A DNA stretch of 64,000 bases from NCBI GenBank assembly GCA_963668205.2, contig CAXXRZ010000005.1, positions 27,106-91,105 on the forward strand, read 5' to 3'. The notes beneath the pieces are model-generated. The model was not told the origin of the DNA. It searched no databases and saw only the letters and a program-made list of their open reading frames with translations. Shown piece by piece: positions 56,733 to 64,000 of this stretch; the first letter of the stretch is position 1, and each line of letters begins with the position of its first letter. The position numbers and the translations under genes were made by a program. This stretch comes from an uncultured Draconibacterium sp. (GTDB taxonomy: Bacteria; Bacteroidota; Bacteroidia; Bacteroidales; Prolixibacteraceae).

Positions 56733-57761
56733 TTATTTAGATTGATATTCTTTTGCCATTTTGTCCAACTCGTCAGCAGAAGGATCTCCTGAGAACACGG
56801 CCAAACGGTATTTGAAAGTTGCCGATTTGCCGATTTCGATAGAAAGGTTCATTTCCTCTTTCCCTTCCGAGAATATTTTTTGCCCAAGTGTGTTTGCTGC
56901 GAACAAACCATATCCGCGTGCATGCCAGTAAGTTGGGTATCCTGGGTTGTCGTGGTGGTCAAAAATAACGATTGCCACTTTTTCGCCTTCCACTGTACCG
57001 TAAAGCTTCATCCATTTTGCACGTTTTCCCCAAACATCGCCGCCCTCAATGCCTTCGCTGCTCAGGTAGTTGCCGTTTGCAATATTGTCGTCGGAAGCTT
57101 CAACTTCGGTAACAACCCCGTGAGAGTCAACCAATTTAACTTTGCCTTTTGATGGCAATTCCAATGCGCGGGTAACACGTATTGCAAACATGCCTTCTTT
57201 GTTGTCGGTAATGTCAACCTTGCCGTTGACTGCTTTCAGTGTAGTTTCCCTGTCGATTATCCTTGCATTGCCTTCTGTGGTGAAGGTAAATTCTGTGGTT
57301 TCGTCCAACAATTGTTTCCCTTTAGTGTCTTTCCAGGCAGCTTCGGTTTTCAGTACCCCTTTTTTGCCGCTTTTGGCTTTCAATACTTTTTCGTGGTAAA
57401 TAGTGCCGTATTTGTCTGCATCTTTTGCAGGTATGGCTTCTGAGTTGTTCCAGAAATCAAGCCCGTTAACATCGCCATAGTTCAACCAGATACCGATGTG
57501 GTGTGGGTGGTCAACTCTTTCCCCATGTTTGTTTTTCATTGGGAACTGACGGGTAACTTCATTTCCACCTGCCGTAACAACGGGCCACAAAACCGGTTTT
57601 TTAATGTTGTCAGGATAGATATATGACGTAAACAATTCATTGTCAATTAAAACATCAACTTTCTTTTCTGCTGGTTTTTCAACCAACTGGATCTTAGATT
57701 GTGCCGACATGCCCGAAGCTATAAATACAAAAATTGAAATTAATAATAAATTCTTTTTCAT
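56733..57761 (-). CDS. PmoA-family (DUF6807) secreted protein
   Basis: It has a signal peptide, then VDHPHHIGIWLNYGDVNGLDFWN and GYPTYWHARGYGLFAANTLG, which match the family signature from memory. Confidence 0.65.
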   Translation of the reverse strand: MKKNLLLISIFVFIASGMSAQSKIQLVEKPAEKKVDVLIDNELFTSYIYPDNIKKPVLWPVVTAGGNEVTRQFPMKNKHGERVDHPHHIGIWLNYGDVNGLDFWNNSEAIPAKDADKYGTIYHEKVLKAKSGKKGVLKTEAAWKDTKGKQLLDETTEFTFTTEGNARIIDRETTLKAVNGKVDITDNKEGMFAIRVTRALELPSKGKVKLVDSHGVVTEVEASDDNIANGNYLSSEGIEGGDVWGKRAKWMKLYGTVEGEKVAIVIFDHHDNPGYPTYWHARGYGLFAANTLGQKIFSEGKEEMNLSIEIGKSATFKYRLAVFSGDPSADELDKMAKEYQSK

Positions 57762-57934
57762 GGTTCTTTAATTTTTATTGAAACGGTATCAAAGGTAAAA
57801 AAAGAAGCTTAATCTGGAATTTTTCAATTGATAAAATGCCAACAAAATGCAATAAGCTGGGCAAATTATTATTGCCACACCCAGGAATTATGCTTAATGC
57901 AATTTTTACGTCACTTTACTTTACTTTAGTACAC

Positions 57935-58513
57935 CTAAAAAAAGAGGCAAACCAACGACATTGCCGCGCGGGAATATTTCCGTAACATTTTCAACGCCGT
58001 GGATAGCTGGTTTTTAATTGTTTGTTGCGACAATTGCAGTTCCGAGGAGATTTCGCTGACAGAATATTGCTGGAATTTGTTCATATAAACAACCTGCCTG
58101 CACCTTTCGGGCAGCAATGTTAAACTATCTGTAAGTATCCCTATCGATTCACTGTTGATTAATTTTTTTTCAGGGGTCAAATCTTCGGTGCAAGATAATG
58201 TTTTGACAATTTCCTTGGCATATTTGTCGAATAACCTGTCCCTCCTTATTTTATCCAGCAACCTGTGCTTTACGATAGAAACCAGGTATGACCTTACCGA
58301 AATTTTTATATCAAGCTTTCCCCTGTTTTGCCATATCTCTACAAAAACATTTTGTGCCAGATCTTCTGCCTCGTTGTTGTCTTTACTCAGGTTGAACGAG
58401 AACTGATATACAAATTGCCAGTACTTTTCATATAATACATTAAAGGATTCTTTATCGGATTCCTTAATTTTTGCGAGTAACCGATGATCTTCAGGTGAAA
58501 TATTTCCTGCCAT
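57935..58513 (-). CDS. ECF sigma-70 factor (Bacteroides-expansion type)
   Basis: Region 2 reads AEDLAQNVFVEIWQNR...YLVSIVKHRLLDKIR. Region 4 reads LPERCRQVVYMNKFQQYSVSEISSELQLSQQTIKNQLSTAL. Confidence 0.8.
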   Translation of the reverse strand: MAGNISPEDHRLLAKIKESDKESFNVLYEKYWQFVYQFSFNLSKDNNEAEDLAQNVFVEIWQNRGKLDIKISVRSYLVSIVKHRLLDKIRRDRLFDKYAKEIVKTLSCTEDLTPEKKLINSESIGILTDSLTLLPERCRQVVYMNKFQQYSVSEISSELQLSQQTIKNQLSTALKMLRKYSRAAMSLVCLFF

Positions 58514-58721
58514 GACATTATCAATGTTTACCCAAAATTAATGCTTACAAACCGGGGCGGCTTTAGGTTATTGTTAAGTATTTGTTAGTAAAAAATTATG
58601 GGCTGGGTACATTATGCTTATCCCAAATACAATATTTGCCTATTGCCAGTAACTGTCTGCAGTTTTATTTTTTATTGGGGCAATTGTAACGCATTGTGGC
58701 GCATGAAAATCCCAATGGTTT

Positions 58722-60656
58722 TTAGAAAGTATAAAACCAGTGGTCTGCCGAATAAAGGTACCGGCCGCCTTCCATGGTCGTCAATCTCAGCACGTACCTT
58801 TTTCCGGCTAGCAGGCCATTTAGAACAATTTTGTTGTCCTCATCGGGATATGCTTCTGTTTCTATTGTATTTTCAGGGAAAGGGAGCTTTTCTCCAAACA
58901 AAATTTTCACACGGCATTTTGTTCTTACACGGTATTTCACAACGGCCTTTTTGTCTCTGCCTGTACTGATTTCAATTCCTGAGAACAGTGGTTCTTCAGG
59001 GGCAAAACCTGTTGTTGCAACTTTAGTTTCAATCTCTTTAATACTGTCAAGGTAACGCTGAAGGGAACGATGCCCCATAATCGGCAATGAAGCGGTCCCC
59101 TGCCCTTCGTGTTCATTTAAAAGATCTTGCATTTCGGCGCAGGACCAACATTTCCAAGATTCTATTTCCTTTTTATTTTCAACCGTATTTTGTGCCAGTG
59201 CTTTTGCAGAAAAGGTATATATGTCGATTGCCCGCCAGGTTTTAGCGGCCAAATACTGGTGGGCAAACCACCGGCATATTGTAGCACAAACAGAATCCGC
59301 CAAATTGGCATTAAGCCCGGCAAGCATTGCAATACATTGTTTTGCCTGCTCTACAGCTTCTGATGATTCCTGCCAAATATTTTTTATGGTGGCTATATCC
59401 GGCTTGTCAAGGCTAGACCAGACATTTACCCAGCCCGGATCCCATTTGGGCATATCCCCCCGATCGTAAAACTGCGAGAGTTTCAATGTTTTGGGGTAGT
59501 CGCTGCTTTGGTCGTAAGCCCAAATGCCCAGCACAAAATGACTTTTCATCCTTATAAATGCTGTTTTTTCAAATACCTGCCTCAATGTCCCCAAGGCGGC
59601 CGTAGATAAATTATTGCCATACAATCCCCTTAAGCCCTGCTCCCATATACTGTCAAGGGCAACATTATTGTCGAGGTTAAATGCTGCAATGGCATAAAGG
59701 TTCATAAAATTAGGGCTGCCGGTCACTACGGTATTGTGGATGCCCATACGCGTAACCGTACCAGCCCCTCCTTTCTGTTTCATGTAATGCAAACGGTATA
59801 AATAATAGCCGGGAGAACAATAAGGCAAGACCGACCGGCCAAGGTATTCGCCTGCTGCATCGTTTTCAACCACAAAATCCCTGTTTGGGATTTCACCTAA
59901 ACAAGCATTATGCGGGTTGTATGGCTGCCAATCCTGTACCGGCGATTTGTGCATCAGCGAAAAAGGCACATCTTTTACATCTGACAGGCCATGGTTATAC
60001 CAGTTAATTTCTTCCGGTTCGTGCACAAAAGTGCGGATAAACAATTCTTTGTGCAGGACATTTGTTATAAACCCGCCTATTTCGCGGGTCAATAAAGCAA
60101 TGCGTTTAGCCATGTCGGCATGGTGCCCCGGTGTTTCGTTAAGCCCGTGGGCTTTACACCATTCACATGTGCAGGTGGTTTTCCAGGGAGGAACGGGCGA
60201 AGAACCGTACATCAGTATAATCCCGTCAACTTCGGGAATAAGGCCGATCCCTTTTTTATATGCCTCCTTACGCTTGTCCCAGATTGGGCTTTCGGGCGAA
60301 TAACATATTTCTTTTTCTTTCTTGTCGGGGACATAAAATTCGTGGCACCACACATACACTTTCATGCCAAACTGGTGTGCCAACTTAATGCTGCTGTTTA
60401 TCAACCGGGTTTTAGCGGCTGATTCGGTCGTCCCTCCAAGCAAATCGTCAATATTCATAATAAGGCCATGAGACAACTGGACATGGTTTACCCCATATTT
60501 TGCTGCCTGTTTTATACTATTGTGTACAGTTGAAGGGTCACCGCTTAAAATAACCCAGCCGTTAACAGGGGCATGGGAAGTGCCCCTTATAACCTGGGCC
60601 AGTGCACAAACAGGTAAGAATAGGATAAATAAGGTTATTATCTTTTTTTTGTTCAT
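58722..60656 (-). CDS. Secreted protein of unknown family, last gene of a SusC/SusD locus (possible TIM-barrel glycoside-hydrolase-like enzyme)
   Basis: It has a signal peptide (MNKKKIITLFILFLPVCALAQ) and beta/alpha-like alternation in the first roughly 350 aa. A Cys cluster TTCTCEWCKAHG is present. I cannot assign a family by eye. Confidence 0.5.
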   Translation of the reverse strand: MNKKKIITLFILFLPVCALAQVIRGTSHAPVNGWVILSGDPSTVHNSIKQAAKYGVNHVQLSHGLIMNIDDLLGGTTESAAKTRLINSSIKLAHQFGMKVYVWCHEFYVPDKKEKEICYSPESPIWDKRKEAYKKGIGLIPEVDGIILMYGSSPVPPWKTTCTCEWCKAHGLNETPGHHADMAKRIALLTREIGGFITNVLHKELFIRTFVHEPEEINWYNHGLSDVKDVPFSLMHKSPVQDWQPYNPHNACLGEIPNRDFVVENDAAGEYLGRSVLPYCSPGYYLYRLHYMKQKGGAGTVTRMGIHNTVVTGSPNFMNLYAIAAFNLDNNVALDSIWEQGLRGLYGNNLSTAALGTLRQVFEKTAFIRMKSHFVLGIWAYDQSSDYPKTLKLSQFYDRGDMPKWDPGWVNVWSSLDKPDIATIKNIWQESSEAVEQAKQCIAMLAGLNANLADSVCATICRWFAHQYLAAKTWRAIDIYTFSAKALAQNTVENKKEIESWKCWSCAEMQDLLNEHEGQGTASLPIMGHRSLQRYLDSIKEIETKVATTGFAPEEPLFSGIEISTGRDKKAVVKYRVRTKCRVKILFGEKLPFPENTIETEAYPDEDNKIVLNGLLAGKRYVLRLTTMEGGRYLYSADHWFYTF

Positions 60657-60779
60657 CTTAATTTGGTATTGCATGCCTACATTTGATGATATGACTTTCC
60701 CCGTCAGGTTGCCCGAAGGGTAAAAAGGTTGGCAAGCAAATTAAAAAACTGCCAGCCAACCTTAAACTTTTTTCAATGA

Positions 60780-62414
60780 TTATTGCAATAACCAGACCTT
60801 GGAGAACTCATCATCTTCGGCAGGGCTTAACCAGGAGATTGCTTCTTCGTAGTTTTCGGTATTTTGTCCCGATTCACTGGTGGGGTACCTAAACCTTACC
60901 GGGATATCGCGGGTTGAAACAACACCGGAATAGTCGGGCAGCCCGGTCCTTCTTGTATCTAAATACGATTCGGCAGACGAAAACAGCAGTGCCAGCCATT
61001 TTTGTGTTGCAATCTGTGTTAAAGCCTCATCGGCATTACTGCTAAGCGACATATCCGAAAGATGCCCGTTAATTGTACTTTCATCGCTTATCCCCCAGCG
61101 GCACAGGCTTAATCCTATGCCCTTTTTATAATAATTTTCTGCATTGCCTGACGAGACGACTCCTTTCACAATTGCTTCTGCCAGCAGGAACTGTACCTCA
61201 TCGGCATTCATCATGGTTGCTTTCAGCAATCCGTTGGCATTTTCATGAAACAAATTGGAATAAGTGGAAACTTTATAGTTCTGGTCGGTATTTTCATCGT
61301 AATTGCCGTTATCGTGCCTAAGCAACGACGTACTGGTAGTGCCAGGGAGCAAACCAACCCAATAGCTGTCTGTCCTTACTATGTAGCTGCCATACTCAGC
61401 TTTTAATTCATCGCTAAGGTATTCCCATTCTATTTCATAATCGTAGCCGTTCAACGATATTGTTTCTTTCATTCCGTCTTTTTCAGGATCTGTGGTCCAG
61501 GGCTTTTCTGCCGGAGCCAGCCAAATTTTTATCCGCGGATCGTTGTAAGCGACAAGGGTATCAACAATCATCCGGGTAGGTCGCCTGTTAAGGAAATCGG
61601 TATTCCCCATGTTCAAATCGCCGCCCGGCCATGAATCAGAAGAAATTGTGCCTATATACGTAAGCCCTGCATTGTCATCGGCCGAATCAAAAAGCGGATA
61701 GGCAGGTTCGTCTGATAGCATTTCAGAGATACCTTCTTCTGCCCAAGCTGGCATTTTGCCCGAAACCCTCATCAAATAACGTAACCGCAAGGAATTTGCA
61801 AATTTTTGCCATTTCTCCAGGTCTCCTCCGTAAAGTATATCGCCTGTCGATGAAATGTCCTTTGGGCTGCTTTTGATAAGTTCATTGGCTGTTTTCAGAT
61901 CGCTCAATATCCCTTCGTAAATTACTTCTTCTTTATCGTACGATGGATAAATAACACCGTCCCTTCCCTGTAGAGCCTCGGTGTAAATGGCCGGCCCGTA
62001 AAGGTCGGCAGCAAGGCCGTGATAGAATGCCTTAAAAATTAAAAAAATCCCCTCATAGGCTGGGTTTTCTTCCTCCTGTGCTTTTGTAACCGAGGCGTAA
62101 ACCAACCTTAGCTGGCTGTAGAACGTGTCCCAGTCACCTCGAGTATGATAAAAATCAAGGTAAGAGTTTTGCGTTTCCCCGCTCAGGGTCTGATAATGCA
62201 TTGCAGTACAAGGTAGTAACATATCCTTGTAAGACAGGTTCTGATATGTTTTTGCTGCGTTCTCTATTACCGATGCTATAAGGTATTCGAGATAAGTTTC
62301 TTCGGTGGCATCTCTCTGGGTTTCTAAATCTTCAACCTGTAAATGATCATAGCATGACACAGTAGAGAGAATGAGGAGTACTGACAATAGTATGTGAGAA
62401 ATTATTTTATTCAT
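60780..62414 (-). CDS. SusD/RagB-family nutrient-binding outer-membrane lipoprotein
   Basis: It has a lipoprotein signal (STVSC) and lies directly downstream of SusC. NSLRLRYLMRV and the C-terminus are typical of SusD-like proteins. Confidence 0.8.
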   Translation of the reverse strand: MNKIISHILLSVLLILSTVSCYDHLQVEDLETQRDATEETYLEYLIASVIENAAKTYQNLSYKDMLLPCTAMHYQTLSGETQNSYLDFYHTRGDWDTFYSQLRLVYASVTKAQEEENPAYEGIFLIFKAFYHGLAADLYGPAIYTEALQGRDGVIYPSYDKEEVIYEGILSDLKTANELIKSSPKDISSTGDILYGGDLEKWQKFANSLRLRYLMRVSGKMPAWAEEGISEMLSDEPAYPLFDSADDNAGLTYIGTISSDSWPGGDLNMGNTDFLNRRPTRMIVDTLVAYNDPRIKIWLAPAEKPWTTDPEKDGMKETISLNGYDYEIEWEYLSDELKAEYGSYIVRTDSYWVGLLPGTTSTSLLRHDNGNYDENTDQNYKVSTYSNLFHENANGLLKATMMNADEVQFLLAEAIVKGVVSSGNAENYYKKGIGLSLCRWGISDESTINGHLSDMSLSSNADEALTQIATQKWLALLFSSAESYLDTRRTGLPDYSGVVSTRDIPVRFRYPTSESGQNTENYEEAISWLSPAEDDEFSKVWLLQ

Positions 62415-62434
62415 CGTGTATATTTTTTAAATTT

Positions 62435-64000
62435 CTATAACCCAACATTTAACTGGAAACCCCATGAAGCGATTGGGGGCAGGGTAAACCGCGATGTCCC
62501 TTGGTAAAACGAGCCATCGTTCAGTTTAAAGGCGGTCTCCGGATCTTCGTTGAAACCGGAAGCGTACCAATGAAAAACATTGCGCGCGATTAGTGAAAGA
62601 GACAATTTTTGAAGTTTCAATTTTTGGATTGCCCCCCTGTTGAATTGATAGGTCAACGAAACTTCTTTGATTTTAAAGTTGGTCGCATCTAAAGCACGGT
62701 TCGAAGCAAATTTATAAATCCAGTCGTAGGCAGCGTCTTCTGATGTCGTCCATAATGTTGTTGAAGGATCTTCTCCGTTTACGATATAATTTTCATCGCC
62801 GGCATTGTCGTTGTCATAATCGAGACCGCTGCCAGGATTAACATAGACCCCTTTCAGATAAACGGCATCGTTTAGCCCCGAACGCCTTAAGTCTGATATG
62901 CGCGCGTTAACAATGCTGTTGGCGCCGCTTCCCGCTTCTGGCCACTCATAGCCCCCATATTCGGCATTCCGCCCCCCGGACCATCCTGATGAGTACTTTG
63001 TGCCACCACGGAGTGTCCCGGGCAAAAAACCGTTTTGGGCAAGATAAGCCAATGTCCGGGAAACATATTTCCCTCCGTAACGGAGATTTGCGACAACGTT
63101 TAATGTCCAGTTTTTATATTTAAAGTTTGTGTTGAAGCCCATGACAAAATCGGGGTTATAATTCCCAATGCTCTCTTTTATATCATCGTTGGTAGTACGC
63201 TCAAAACCTTCGCCGTTTTCCCAACGGATTATATATTGCCCCTTATATTTCCCTTCTTTTACTTTTACCGGCTCATATTTTTGGTACATATTGCCAATCC
63301 TTTCACCTTCAGCCAATTTGTACCTCAAATAGCCGGTAGCGCCAATCATCTCATAGTCGCCGAAATTTTCAGAAAGCCTGTCAACAGAAGCAACAGCCCG
63401 TGAAAAATTGGTTGAAAAAGTCCATGACATATTTTCATTCCGCACCGGTACAAGGCTCAATCCCCACTCATAGCCTTTACTTACAACATCGCCAACATTG
63501 GTAGTCATACTGCTAAAACCGCTTGTTGCAGGCACGCTTACTGCAAGCAACTGGTTGTTGTGGCTCTTTTTGAATATGGTAAAGTCTGCCTTTAACCTGT
63601 TTTCAAATAAATTGAAGTCGGTGCCAAATTCAATTGAGTTTGTTTTTTCATCTTTAAGGTCAGCATCAACGAGCGTACCTGAAATCCCCACAAGGGTCGC
63701 GCTGTTCCAGTCGTACGATTTAAATCCATAGCTGTCGGTATTTCTTGGTTTCCCGATCCCATGCCCGACCTGGGCAACCCCAATGCGCAGTTTTGCAAAA
63801 TTGATCCACGAAGGTATTTCGAATATTGTTGAAGGTATAATGCTTAACGATGCCGAAGGATAAAAGCAACTGTTTTTGTCTTCTTCGAGTATGCCGCCCC
63901 AGTCTTTTCTCCCTGTTAATTCGAGGTAGCCCTTGCCTTTGTACCCAATCTGCGCCGTACCGAAAACACTCTGTGTCCGGTTTTTGCCCCAGCTGCTGCT
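62435..64000 (-). CDS. SusC/RagA-family TonB-dependent receptor, C-terminal 521 aa; the 5' end lies off-window
   Basis: I translated the frame by hand from 63691 to 64000 and found no stop, so the ORF-track GTG start is internal. The barrel C-terminus reads IASWGFQLNVGL. Confidence 0.85.
   Translation of the reverse strand, partial: SSSWGKNRTQSVFGTAQIGYKGKGYLELTGRKDWGGILEEDKNSCFYPSASLSIIPSTIFEIPSWINFAKLRIGVAQVGHGIGKPRNTDSYGFKSYDWNSATLVGISGTLVDADLKDEKTNSIEFGTDFNLFENRLKADFTIFKKSHNNQLLAVSVPATSGFSSMTTNVGDVVSKGYEWGLSLVPVRNENMSWTFSTNFSRAVASVDRLSENFGDYEMIGATGYLRYKLAEGERIGNMYQKYEPVKVKEGKYKGQYIIRWENGEGFERTTNDDIKESIGNYNPDFVMGFNTNFKYKNWTLNVVANLRYGGKYVSRTLAYLAQNGFLPGTLRGGTKYSSGWSGGRNAEYGGYEWPEAGSGANSIVNARISDLRRSGLNDAVYLKGVYVNPGSGLDYDNDNAGDENYIVNGEDPSTTLWTTSEDAAYDWIYKFASNRALDATNFKIKEVSLTYQFNRGAIQKLKLQKLSLSLIARNVFHWYASGFNEDPETAFKLNDGSFYQGTSRFTLPPIASWGFQLNVGL

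Noticed and set aside
58598-58969. 123-aa plus-strand ORF
   Set aside because: Most of it lies antisense to the 3' end of the 644-aa PUL gene, and it shows no coding signature.
1-64000. CRISPR arrays, rRNA or tRNA genes, and large tandem repeats
   Set aside because: I saw no regularly spaced direct repeats of 25-40 nt. No intergenic region is long enough or cloverleaf-like enough to hold these genes. This was checked only by eye, so tRNAscan-SE, Infernal and a CRISPR finder should confirm it.

Overview
This is about 64 kb of a Bacteroidota chromosome. The supporting evidence is two SusC/SusD loci, a T9SS C-terminal-domain cargo protein, FecR/ECF-sigma modules, TAnnTTTG -7 promoter boxes and a conjugative-transposon traN. 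I saw no rRNA, tRNA or CRISPR array, though I could only scan by eye.

The left 5.5 kb is mobile DNA and is the most interesting part. It holds the 3' end of traN, followed by a complete class C (IIC) group II intron on the opposite strand. The intron has an RT/maturase ORF, recognisable ribozyme domains V and VI, and a 5' end placed just after a terminator-like hairpin. Next comes a Type II restriction-modification module: a C5 cytosine methyltransferase plus a PD-(D/E)XK endonuclease. This module carries several independent lesions: the intron 40 nt upstream of the MTase start, a -1 frameshift in an A5 run of the MTase, an ISAs1-family IS with perfect 18-bp inverted repeats and a 10-bp target duplication in the MTase 3' end, and a frame break in the endonuclease.

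The rest of the window is mostly ordinary chromosome:
- Housekeeping genes: ychF, tpx, yajC, nusB, rsmE, pabB/pabC, yggS, pfp, uvrA, kdsA.
- A tightly packed six-gene minus-strand operon of unknown function (OM beta-barrel, T9SS beta-helix cargo, four lipoproteins), next to a TPR-TM-AraC one-component regulator.
- A FecR/SusC(STN)/SusD locus with no adjacent ECF sigma and no enzymes.
- Solitary ECF sigma genes.
- A visibly AT-rich islet with a class II Fic protein, a VOC protein and a degraded MmcQ/YjbR remnant.
- A second SusC/SusD locus carrying an unassigned 644-aa secreted protein.

I did not find a clearly novel defence-type system. The candidates worth follow-up are listed in the findings with their limits. 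All family assignments come from reading the translations and from memory. No searches were run.
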